Positions 9,332-17,796 of a stretch of 39,433 nucleotides of DNA are shown here, piece after piece. The DNA is from a virus (lineage: Duplodnaviria; Caudoviricetes). The position numbers and the translations under genes were made by a program. The notes under the pieces are model-generated. The model was not told the DNA's origin. It did no database searches and worked only from the letters and a program-made list of their open reading frames with translations. Within the stretch, counting starts at the first letter, position 1. Each line of letters opens with the position of its first letter. Location of the stretch: IMG/VR virus record IMGVR_UViG_3300027819_000028, positions 1-39,433 of that record. One strand, written 5' to 3'.

Positions 9332-9598
9332 TTACTGCCCTCCCTGCTGTCTACCCTGCTCGCTTAATCCCTGCCGGATTTCGTCTCGCTCGCTCTCGTC
9401 CATCTGTCCCCAGAGTTCGTACTTGCGGGCCTCGGGCTGGCTGGCAAAATACTGTATCCTCTCTTGTCCGTTGAGTTGCCGGGTGCCGTAGGGACGTTCG
9501 CCGACGCCAGACGCGTTGTATAACGCGTCGCGCCTTTTGCCGATCTGTAGTGCTAGCAAATCCCGTCGTCGCTCGAAAACATTAGGTTTGTTAGACAT
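9332..9598 (-). CDS. Hypothetical protein
   Basis: 88 aa ORF, RBS GGAGG, abuts the next gene. Confidence 0.55.
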   Translation of the reverse strand: MSNKPNVFERRRDLLALQIGKRRDALYNASGVGERPYGTRQLNGQERIQYFASQPEARKYELWGQMDESERDEIRQGLSEQGRQQGGQ

Positions 9599-9695
9599 TC
9601 GTGGTGCCTCCCTGACTCGTCAACGCGTTCTTTCCCCTTCCAGCGGTCACACGCCTCGTCATCACAGTCCCAGAGCCAACAGAAGAGGCAGGCCA

Positions 9696-9872
9696 TCAGT
9701 TCACCGCCTCTTTTACCCGCTTCTTCAGTCCTGCGGTCATGTCTCGTCGTGCGATTTGGTAACGTCTCGCCACAGCCAGCGGCACACCCACCTTGAGCAG
9801 CGAAGCAGCAGACGGCCAGCGCTTAGGCTTGGTGTCTACCACATCGATCACCCAGTCAATTGGTTTGCCCAT
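9696..9872 (-). CDS. Small basic hypothetical protein (58 aa)
   Basis: Read by hand: MGKPIDWVIDVVDTKPKRW...KKRVKEAVN*; starts 1 nt after the upstream stop. Confidence 0.45.
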   Translation of the reverse strand: MGKPIDWVIDVVDTKPKRWPSAASLLKVGVPLAVARRYQIARRDMTAGLKKRVKEAVN

Positions 9873-9873
9873 C

Positions 9874-10014
9874 TTACCGCTTCCCTTTCTTGCTTTTGCC
9901 CGCTTGCTTGTAAGCTATAGCTGCGGCTTGGTCCTTTGGTCGGCCCGAACGGATAAGCTCGCCTATGTTCTCACTGATAACGCGCTTACTAGAGCCCTTC
10001 TTCAACGGACTCAC
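9874..10014 (-). CDS. Small basic phage protein (46 aa, [35 protein letters not shown] type)
   Basis: Read by hand (below the ORF-track cutoff); GTG start overlaps the upstream stop; resembles a widespread small phage family PLKKG.S...IS.NI.E....G.P..QA.AIA found near head genes. Confidence 0.65.
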   Translation of the reverse strand: MSPLKKGSSKRVISENIGELIRSGRPKDQAAAIAYKQAGKSKKGKR

Positions 10015-10199
10015 TACTTTTTCCCCTTTTTCATCCCCGGTCCCATCCCCTTGGGAGGCATTCCCTTCATCATGTGCTTTTCCATCGGCATGGGCTTAGG
10101 GGGCATGTTTTTCGGTGGCATTCCTTTAGGCGGCATCGGCCCCTTTATCGGCATGTCCTTCGGCATCTTGCCTTTCATGGGTATCTCTTTCTTTGCCAT
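10014..10199 (-). CDS. Tiny Met/Pro/Lys-rich repeat protein (61 aa)
   Basis: RBS AAGGAG; sequence built from MP(P)K(G)-like pentapeptides. Confidence 0.6.
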   Translation of the reverse strand: MAKKEIPMKGKMPKDMPIKGPMPPKGMPPKNMPPKPMPMEKHMMKGMPPKGMGPGMKKGKK

Positions 10200-10284
10200 T
10201 GGTGTTACTCTCCTTAATTTAGTTGTTATTGCGCGGGTCTGGGCCTGCCCCGCTGTCTATTACGACGTAATACAAACTCTCCTC

Positions 10285-12177
10285 CTAAATCGGCCCCGAT
10301 CCACTAAGTCTTGGCCCGCCCGGTCCTCGCTGCAATCCAACTGGCGGCCCTCCTGCTCCTTGTGGCGTTGGGGGCACCAACGGCATGCCGTTCACTCCCG
10401 GCACCATTGGGCCACTAGGTTGAATTGGCGGCATGCCCGGCCCGCCAGCCCCTTGCTGAATGGGCATCCCGTCTGGTCCAAGGATCACCGGCGGTCCTTC
10501 ACCCTCGGAGGTGAAAGATGGCGCAGGCGGCGGCGGCTCAGGCTTTATCAGCCCAGCCCGTCTAGCCGCATCCTCGATCAGCAGTTCGTTAATGCGCGGG
10601 CTATCCATGTATTGCTCGACGGCGATCTCGTCGGCCTCTTCCTCTGGCTGCTCTAGGCCGATGTGCTCCCTCGCGTGCTCCTTGCTCCAAAGCCCGCCCT
10701 CGACCATCCGGAGTGCTGAGTCACGTTGCGCAATCTCGTCCATTGGCAGTAACGGCTTTAGGGCGACTTCACAGGCATAGTAGCCGTCGATGTCGTCGGG
10801 TCCCAGTCCCATCCATTCGCCTGCGCCCTTGCTCGTTCCCTCGCCCCATACGAACACCTTGCGCTTCATCCGCCGTTCGATAAGTTGCCACATGAACGGG
10901 ATCATCTGCTCCAGCGCCATCCTGAAGTTGTCGATGATAGGGGCATAAACGAGCTGCGCCGCGGTCATAAGCTGCGAGACCATATAGCCGCTCGACGAAG
11001 ACGCGCCCTGTCCGTACATCACGGCGGCGAGGCCGCTTCGGTCAATCATCTGATTGAGCAGACCGACCAAATCCTTGAGGGCAGCGCTAGTGCTCGGCGC
11101 CTCCAGGAAGCGGACGTTTTGCAATACGGTGCCTGGCTCAATTTTCGTGACATTCGTGGGGTCACCCGGCCCGGCAGTTATGTCCTGCTGCGGGTCTTCC
11201 TTGACCAAAAACGGGTAGGCGGCGAAAAATCCCCAGTTGGTCATCATGGTCAGCATCGCTTCGAGTGCCGGTATGAGGTGGGCGAAGGGCTGGATTACGC
11301 TTTGGTACATCTCCTCGGGCTTGCGGCTGCTCGTCATATGGCCGCCAGCGATGAAATAAGGCGGCCTGCCGTAGTTCACAACGCGCTGGTCTGCTATTTT
11401 GCCGTCTATCATGTACGAGACGACAGAGCCATCAGCCGACCAGTGTTCGACCATGTCAATTTCTTGGCCGCTGGCGCTCTCGTCCTCCGGCATGGGCTCG
11501 CCAGGGCGGAGCCTCGTGAAACCGCCGAGACCATTACGATAGACGCTAAACTGCTGCATAGTCGGTATGAGAGGCCGTCGTGTGCTCTCCAGTACCTCGA
11601 ACTTGCCCGGTCCACGTGGCACGGTCATCACCGTCAACGGGTCCACATCGTCCCACACGAGTGGGAACGGCTGCCCTTTAGCAAATTTGTCCGTTCGCTC
11701 AAGGAAGTCGTTGGCGTCCTCCTCAGTGCCGTCCTTGCCCTTTTTTCGTTTGGGGAAGCCTCGCCAAACATCCTTGCGGTCCACGAGCTTGAACACGCCC
11801 AGGGAGTCACTCACCGCGGCATCAACCCCCATCCTCAATACATCCCGGTTCACGATTTGCATCATTTGTTTAAGGGCCGCCTGGCTCCAGCGCTCACGCA
11901 GACTGGCGTTGCGTTTGGCCTTCTCGGTAGCCGCGTAGGGCGGCACACTGATGACCGGGTCGTCGGTCGTGAGGGTAGCGACCACGCGAAACAGCACGTC
12001 CGCGATAATGGGAACGTGTACCTCCTGAGTGGTAGTTTTGTAGGTGTCAGGGATGTTGATCGCATTGCGTCGATAGCGTAGATCGCGGTTGGCCTTGATC
12101 TGCATGTACAGTTTCGCATAGACCTGCTTACGGGCCTCGATCAGCTCTTTCAGATAGGCTTCAGTCGGTAGTGGCAT
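10285..12177 (-). CDS. Portal (head-tail connector) protein
   Basis: 630 aa downstream of terminase; helical content, SSSSGYMVSQL segment and Pro/Gly-rich disordered C-terminus, as in podovirus-like portals. Confidence 0.75.
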   Translation of the reverse strand: MPLPTEAYLKELIEARKQVYAKLYMQIKANRDLRYRRNAINIPDTYKTTTQEVHVPIIADVLFRVVATLTTDDPVISVPPYAATEKAKRNASLRERWSQAALKQMMQIVNRDVLRMGVDAAVSDSLGVFKLVDRKDVWRGFPKRKKGKDGTEEDANDFLERTDKFAKGQPFPLVWDDVDPLTVMTVPRGPGKFEVLESTRRPLIPTMQQFSVYRNGLGGFTRLRPGEPMPEDESASGQEIDMVEHWSADGSVVSYMIDGKIADQRVVNYGRPPYFIAGGHMTSSRKPEEMYQSVIQPFAHLIPALEAMLTMMTNWGFFAAYPFLVKEDPQQDITAGPGDPTNVTKIEPGTVLQNVRFLEAPSTSAALKDLVGLLNQMIDRSGLAAVMYGQGASSSSGYMVSQLMTAAQLVYAPIIDNFRMALEQMIPFMWQLIERRMKRKVFVWGEGTSKGAGEWMGLGPDDIDGYYACEVALKPLLPMDEIAQRDSALRMVEGGLWSKEHAREHIGLEQPEEEADEIAVEQYMDSPRINELLIEDAARRAGLIKPEPPPPAPSFTSEGEGPPVILGPDGMPIQQGAGGPGMPPIQPSGPMVPGVNGMPLVPPTPQGAGGPPVGLQRGPGGPRLSGSGPI

Positions 12178-12189
12178 GTGTACCTCAAC

Positions 12190-12224
12190 AAAAAAGCGCT
12201 AGGAAGATTCGTTCTTCCTAGCGC
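12190..12224 (-). terminator. Intrinsic terminator/attenuator immediately before the portal start
   Basis: Perfect 12-bp stem GCGCTAGGAAGA (12196-12207) / TCTTCCTAGCGC (12213-12224), followed by T6 on the - strand. Confidence 0.7.
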
Positions 12225-12289
12225 CGTGTGTGCCCTTTAGGCTTCCTGGTGCCCTACACCGCTATGGTAGGCGGTGGTAGACTATTCGG

Positions 12290-13718
12290 TTATACTACTA
12301 GACTATCTGCAAACCTCGTTATGTCTGCGAGTGCTTTCTGTAATTTCTCAGGCCCGAACTTGTAAACTTCCTTCGCCTCTCGGCGCCACTCCCTTACCTC
12401 GGACATGGTTGGCTTTGGTGCAATTAGAATCCATTGAAGGTGATAGCCACTCCATTCAGACTGCTGCACGTACTCTGCGGCCCTGTCTGCTCGTCGTTCG
12501 TACCATGCGTCAATGCACCGCTCAACCCTCTCGCGCTCCTCCTCGGTCGGCTCCGGCTCGCTCTCGATGATCTGCTGTAGCGTACGGTCGGTCATAGCTT
12601 GACTCCCAACCAAATCATTAACTTGACCCACACTTTATCCCTCCGCAGACCAAACTCAGTGCTGAGAGTCTTTATTAGGGCGTTGCATCGATCTATAACA
12701 CTCGCTATTCCTCTCACCTCGGCGTCGCAACCGTGAGTGCTACAACTATAGTGCTGCTGGGCGTACTCGTGGGCATCGGCACGATACATGAATCCAGCAA
12801 CGATCTCGCCCTCGACGTATACACGATAGCGTAGTTCGTTCACTTCTCCACCTTCTTTACAAGCCTGTACCCGCCGAACATCTCACAGTACGCCGCAGCC
12901 TCAACAATAGCATCCCTCATCATTCGTTGGTATGGCGTCATGTCCGCCTCTATACGCTCCAGCATGGCCTGTGTCGCTCGTTCCCGCAGCGTTTGCCCCG
13001 GAATATGCAGGATAAATCCAACTCCTGCCCGCGCGAGCTCTGTGCTCTTCGCTCGGCGCTCATGCCGTGACACTCGATTAGGCTTGGCATTGCTCATTTC
13101 TCCACCTTTTCTATTGCTACATCAAAGGCAGTCTTATCCCATTCGGTTGCGTCTGGTCGAGTCGCATTGTAACACAACAGCATCAGACCCGACTGACCTC
13201 CTGCGCCCACACGTAGTATCTCCTGCAAGGCAGGTGAGGTGTTCGCCGTCTCTTCCCACTGTTCTAATAGCGTGCGGCTCATCTTTCCACCTTTCCCACA
13301 CACTGCACCGTCCAGTCGGCCTCTTTGCCTATGGTCAGTATAATCACATACCGGCCGGGCGTCAATGCACCCAGCCGCTTGGCAAGCTTGGCGAGCCACT
13401 CAGGCATCAGTCCAGCACCTTCAGCGACTCCAGCAATCCATCGTAGATTGTGTATGACCATGCCAATCGTCGAATCACCGGCACCTCTCTGAGATAGTCG
13501 TCATCAACTGCCATTGCCGCATCGACGGCTATTTCTGGGAGCACACCGCCTGAGACAAATGAATCACAGACATAATCACCGTTCGATAAAAACGAATCCC
13601 CCAGTAGTGCAACATCTCCAATGTCACAGAACCGTAATTCTCCGGGTCCTGTATCACCTATGTTCCTACACCACGATTTGCAGAACCGGCACCGTTTCAT
13701 ACCGTAGTACATGTTCAT
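12290..13718 (-). other. Run of about six small hypothetical genes between terminase and portal (12290-12595, 12592-12843, 12840-13097, 13094-~13282, 13279-~13410, 13407-13718)
   Basis: Consecutive ORFs with overlapping stop/start codons; no recognisable domains apart from Cys motifs in 13407-13718. Confidence 0.5.
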
Positions 13719-15208
13719 CCCCCCATCCTGAACGATTGACCTGAGACAATCCCTTGCCCCCTCGACGGAGGCATCCGGTCTCTCATCATCAGTGCAATCA
13801 TGTGTTTGATGCAGCGGTCATCGTGCGTGCCGCTCTGCGCCCCTGTCGTCCCGTCGCCATGTCTCACATACGATAGACACTCGTCCCAAAACGCTTGATC
13901 GTAGCTCAGTATGCTGCCGCTGGCTATCAAGCTGGCTAGCGCACTCTCCATCACCGGCTTCGTCTGCCGATTCGTCGGCCAGCCCGCTATCCGCCTTGTC
14001 GTCTGTTTGCCGGTCGTGAGCTCTCGTATGGAGTCGGCATGGTAGTAGAGGTTGGGGTACTCGAGTTGCCTGAGGGCCAGCAGCACGGCATGGCCGTGGT
14101 TGTTGCGCTCAACAGCGAGGAACGCGTTATTGTACTCCCGGCCAATCGTGTCGACCATCCCGGCGAACGTTTCGACATCCCATTGGCCATGCAGGTCGGC
14201 AACATGGGCGCAGGTCTGCCAGTCGTAGATAGCCACACCGCTGTAGTCCAGTCGGTCGTTCCCGGCGTCGATGCCCTCGGCCACGTCGGCGCCAGCCACG
14301 TAGCGCCGTCCGACGCGGGGCCGCTGCCAGATTTTGAGTGCGCCATTCAGCCGGGTGTCAAGCGGCGGCTTGCATGTCTCTAGTTGCTGCTGGATTGCCT
14401 CAACGTCAAACACGCAGTTGCCAGAGGTCACAAAACTTTCATGGGCAGTAGCCGGGTACTCCTGCTGTACTGTTTTGCCCTGCGTGGCGAGCTGCTGTTG
14501 CTTCGTGTCCCACCAAGCGGCGTTATGCGTTGGGTTCTCGTTGCGACCTACGAACGTTTTGCGGTAGCCGTTCTGCTCGTCGGTCCAGAGAGAGTGGTAC
14601 TCGTTGAATCCGTTGGCCGTGGACTCGATGATCTCCCAGCCACCGGCCACGAGAGCCCCGGAGATTGCTGCTAGCTCCTCCGTGGGATTCTGCCAAAATG
14701 CTCTTTCTGTCATCAGGAGGTATTTGCAGCGTTCCGACCGGCCACCGCCCTGAGCCATTGCTCTAATGCTGCCGATGCCCGATAGCTCTAGTTCGGTCTC
14801 ATTATCTCTGGTGAGCGTGGGTCGCTCTCCGGCGGGTAGGCTGGTGAGGTACTGCCGGGCGATCGAGACGAGATTTTTGGCATTGTCCCATTTGTCGGCT
14901 TTGATAAGGAGATTGCCGCCGTCTCGGAGCATGAGCCAGCAGAAATAGCGGACGCAAATCTCAGAGCTGCCCACGTCACGAGATTTGAGGACCATCTCCC
15001 GCTGGGTGAGACCATCGATGAAACTGCGCTGCCAATCGAACGGGACAAATTGTATCGTCCCGTGCTGGGTGCGGATCGTGGAGTGAGACATGGAGGTCCA
15101 GAAATCAGGGGTCTCGCGTGTGTGCCCCCGATGCTTGGCCCTCACCGCAGCAATAGCCGCCGCTCCTAATGACTCTCGCTGACTAGGATGTACGAGCACT
15201 GGAGACAA
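13715..15208 (-). CDS. terL: Terminase large subunit
   Basis: ATPase motifs LKSRDVGSS, LLMTERAFW and IIESTANG; RNase H-like nuclease motifs GADVAEG..DYS, AVERNNHG and HDD. Confidence 0.93.
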   Translation of the reverse strand: MSPVLVHPSQRESLGAAAIAAVRAKHRGHTRETPDFWTSMSHSTIRTQHGTIQFVPFDWQRSFIDGLTQREMVLKSRDVGSSEICVRYFCWLMLRDGGNLLIKADKWDNAKNLVSIARQYLTSLPAGERPTLTRDNETELELSGIGSIRAMAQGGGRSERCKYLLMTERAFWQNPTEELAAISGALVAGGWEIIESTANGFNEYHSLWTDEQNGYRKTFVGRNENPTHNAAWWDTKQQQLATQGKTVQQEYPATAHESFVTSGNCVFDVEAIQQQLETCKPPLDTRLNGALKIWQRPRVGRRYVAGADVAEGIDAGNDRLDYSGVAIYDWQTCAHVADLHGQWDVETFAGMVDTIGREYNNAFLAVERNNHGHAVLLALRQLEYPNLYYHADSIRELTTGKQTTRRIAGWPTNRQTKPVMESALASLIASGSILSYDQAFWDECLSYVRHGDGTTGAQSGTHDDRCIKHMIALMMRDRMPPSRGQGIVSGQSFRMGG

Positions 15209-15638
15209 TAGACTGCGCCTCCTGTATAACCTCGTCGGGGTCTAGGCCGTTGGCCTCTGCTACCTGTCGCAGGTAACTATTGACATCGATCTGTACGCGC
15301 TCTTTGTATTTCTCAGGCTTGGCACCTTTGAGCAGGAAGATGAGCAGAGTATCGGAGTATTCTTGAATATACCCAACCAGTTTCCTGCTTTGATAGACTG
15401 GCTTTGCTACACCGTCATGCGCTCGACGTATTGCCTCATTCTCCAACACATCACCCGCCATAAGTTCAGCCTCGTGGAACGCCTCTGCATATTCAGGATC
15501 GACTTTCATCCAGTGATAATGAGATTGCCTAGTCACGCCAGCTTTGTCCTCTGCGCGACGAATACCACCCATTTCGGCAAAGGCATTGAGAAATCGCCTC
15601 TTTTTTATATGGTCAATTTCGGTGAAGTTGCTAGCCAT
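15183..15638 (-). CDS. terS: Terminase small subunit
   Basis: HTH N-terminus (FLNAF..AGVTRQSHYHW..DPEY) and YSDTLLIFLLKGAKPEKY motif; directly upstream of terL. Confidence 0.85.
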   Translation of the reverse strand: MASNFTEIDHIKKRRFLNAFAEMGGIRRAEDKAGVTRQSHYHWMKVDPEYAEAFHEAELMAGDVLENEAIRRAHDGVAKPVYQSRKLVGYIQEYSDTLLIFLLKGAKPEKYKERVQIDVNSYLRQVAEANGLDPDEVIQEAQSIVSSARTS

Positions 15639-15832
15639 TAGTCCTCAGCCTCGACTGTTATCCTCAATGTCCGTTCTCGCCACGCCAGCAGCTTCACTAA
15701 CGCGTCCATCTCTGACTCAGGCAGATCGACCTTGATTCGGGCGCCGCCATCGGAGGATATCTGAATTGCTGACTGCAATGGAGCGATAGAACACAGGAAA
15801 CTAACACTGTCGCTCTTCTGTTCCAACTTCAT
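15638..15832 (-). CDS. Hypothetical protein
   Basis: 64 aa ORF; its stop overlaps the terS start. Confidence 0.55.
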   Translation of the reverse strand: MKLEQKSDSVSFLCSIAPLQSAIQISSDGGARIKVDLPESEMDALVKLLAWRERTLRITVEAED

Positions 15833-15978
15833 CTTTGCTCCCTGAGGAACATTATGCTATCGCTCATCAGACTCCTCATTTTTGGGCAAAACAAAAAGCG
15901 CCGAGCACACCATCCCCTGATAGGACGGCGGCTGGCGCTCAAGAGCGGCCTAAGACCGTGCTTATACCCTTATCCCCA

Positions 15979-16007
15979 TTTATAGCACAGACGCGGTAGA
16001 CTGTCAA
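15979..16007 (-). promoter_or_regulatory. Sigma70-type promoter for the terminase/structural operon
   Basis: - strand TTGACA (16007-16002), 17 bp, TGc-TATAAA (-10 at 15984-15979). Confidence 0.7.
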
Positions 16008-16063
16008 TAGTCGATCCACCAAAAGCGAATTTAACGAGTTTTAAAAACTGCCCCTAAAACCTA

Positions 16064-16092
16064 TTGACAACAGTGTTAAACAGTGTTATCAT
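16064..16092 (+). promoter_or_regulatory. Sigma70-type promoter for the + strand accessory operon, with a tandem operator-like repeat
   Basis: TTGACA (16064-16069), 17 bp, TATCAT (16087-16092); AACAGTGTTA repeated at 16069-16078 and 16079-16088. Confidence 0.75.
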
Positions 16093-16151
16093 AGCATCAG
16101 ATGAAGAAACAGAGTGGCCCGCCGGAGCCGATCCGGTAGAGGAGAAGCACG

Positions 16152-16418
16152 ATGGCAACCAAAAAAATCACACTGAGCAACGAATTCCACAATACAAAAA
16201 TCAATCTACAAGCGAAGGTTGTCCTTTGCAGGGGAATCAAGGCGGTAGAACTCAGCCGCCATCAGGTGCGAAGAGCTCGTCGTGTGCTATGTGGCATCCC
16301 CACCTGCACATGCGGGGGCAATCTGGGCGAACGCCCAAGTGCCCAGATCATGGACGGCCCCCGCTACGACGACGGGAGTGCTACGTTAGTTGATGAGTGG
16401 GTTTCAATCCCCAGTTGA
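16152..16418 (+). CDS. Hypothetical protein (LCG..CTCG motif)
   Basis: RBS GAGGAG, first ORF after the promoter. Confidence 0.6.
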   Translation: MATKKITLSNEFHNTKINLQAKVVLCRGIKAVELSRHQVRRARRVLCGIPTCTCGGNLGERPSAQIMDGPRYDDGSATLVDEWVSIPS

Positions 16419-16520
16419 CGACTAGCACATCCCGCCCGGCAGAACGTCTGCACTCGATTGACCGTCGAGGCCGGGCACCGAACAGGGGCCGACGCCCGAC
16501 AGTCGGAGAGGGAGAGGACG

Positions 16521-16808
16521 ATGGCAGCAACCATGCGAACAGTAGACGCGCGAGATTTGACAACAGGGAGAATAGCGCAGGTGGGTGAAATTTGGGGTCG
16601 CCATGAATATTCCAATTCTGAGGGGGTCGTTCGCGACCAATGGCAGCCTGCAAAACGGACCGATTCGATCGATCACGGCTGGGGTGAGTCATGGAACAAT
16701 ATGTGTAGCACCACAGGCCCCCGTGCTCTCTATGAGGTTGTCCGAGTAATAGAGGACCTCGTACTAACATTCGTGGAGCTAAAGTGCATCAAGTCTAAGA
16801 CCCAGTAG
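16521..16808 (+). CDS. Hypothetical protein
   Basis: ORF 16458..16808; the likely start is MAATM at 16521 after GGAGAGG. Confidence 0.55.
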   Translation: MAATMRTVDARDLTTGRIAQVGEIWGRHEYSNSEGVVRDQWQPAKRTDSIDHGWGESWNNMCSTTGPRALYEVVRVIEDLVLTFVELKCIKSKTQ

Positions 16809-16914
16809 GCGATGGCATCGTAGTGTACTAGCACCCCCTCCCCCGGCAGAGGTCTGCATCTGGCCGACCACCAGAGCCGGGGACCGAACCAAAATAAACG
16901 AGGAGGAGAGGACA

Positions 16915-17124
16915 ATGGCATACGTGTGCCAGCATCTCAACATCGTCGATACAGATCGCACATGCCCCGCCTGCGATCTGGTCCGACAAAGGCGGTATGA
17001 TGCCGCTATTAAATGCCAAAAGTGCGGTGTAGCAAAGGACATTGCTACACATTGGTACTGGCAAACGATCGACATACCCTGCTCTGACCCCGAGGGACAC
17101 GAGTGGAAGAGTCCCAAAAAATAA
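16915..17124 (+). CDS. Small Cys/His-rich (zinc-binding) hypothetical protein
   Basis: CxH, CPAC and CQKC motifs; RBS GGAGGAG. Confidence 0.55.
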   Translation: MAYVCQHLNIVDTDRTCPACDLVRQRRYDAAIKCQKCGVAKDIATHWYWQTIDIPCSDPEGHEWKSPKK

Positions 17125-17158
17125 GGCCAGCCGGAGCCAATGCCGGTAGAAGGAGAAG

Positions 17159-17353
17159 ATGATGGCAACTGAAATCACCTGTAAACTCGAATGCGGACAC
17201 TCGATTCAGTGGGGCGAGAATCCAGAGACGCCAGGCGCCGACCTGCCCTGGGTTGGTCGCGTGGCTTGGTGCCCTGAGTGCGAGAGTGACCGAGAGATCG
17301 TCGAGTGCGACCCCGATGTGGTGGACATACGCACCATCACGGAGGTGGCCTAA
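17159..17353 (+). CDS. Small zinc-ribbon protein
   Basis: LECGH...CPEC motif; RBS AAGGAG. Confidence 0.6.
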   Translation: MMATEITCKLECGHSIQWGENPETPGADLPWVGRVAWCPECESDREIVECDPDVVDIRTITEVA

Positions 17354-17796
17354 TGTCAAATTCAAAACTCGTTACGTTCAGGGCGTTTCCTGAGCAGTTA
17401 GCCAGCGCCATTGAGGCTCGCCGCGACCACGGCGAGCCCCTCGGCGCCGTGGCCCGAACCCAACTAGAGCGCTACTTCGCCCTGCTCGATCAAGAGTTAG
17501 AGCGGGTGCAACTAAGCGAGGCCGAGGCGATGCTGATCTGCGACTCGCTCAACGGCATCATCTCAGACCCACAAACCATGAGGATCGGTCTGTGGGCAGG
17601 GGTAGACGATTCTATCCATCTCGACGGGCTGGACGAGAAATGGAGCGTGGACGGCCCTGCCCTGATCGCCAAATTGCGAGCACTAACCCCAGCGCAAGCG
17701 TTCGCTGTGACGGACGCTGTAGAGTGTTGGTGGGGTCGCAATGAAATAGACGAGGACCCGCGGGAGCGGTTGCGGATTGTGGGGTTGATTCGGTGA
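17353..17796 (+). CDS. Hypothetical protein, possible ribbon-helix-helix N-terminus
   Basis: Start MSNSKLVTFR at 17353 overlaps the upstream stop, RBS GGAGG; strand-helix-helix pattern then a helical domain. Confidence 0.6.
   Translation: MSNSKLVTFRAFPEQLASAIEARRDHGEPLGAVARTQLERYFALLDQELERVQLSEAEAMLICDSLNGIISDPQTMRIGLWAGVDDSIHLDGLDEKWSVDGPALIAKLRALTPAQAFAVTDAVECWWGRNEIDEDPRERLRIVGLIR

Noticed and set aside
9793-10656. 287-aa + strand ORF with GGIP/GM repeats
   Set aside because: It is the reverse complement of the MPPKG peptide and portal tail; the - strand ORFs have RBS motifs and coupling.
10460-12081. Long + strand ORFs opposite the portal (e.g. 10885-12081), and similar shadows over terL, dnaB and the giant gene
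   Set aside because: Antisense shadow ORFs of GC-rich coding sequence, with no RBS or recognisable motifs.
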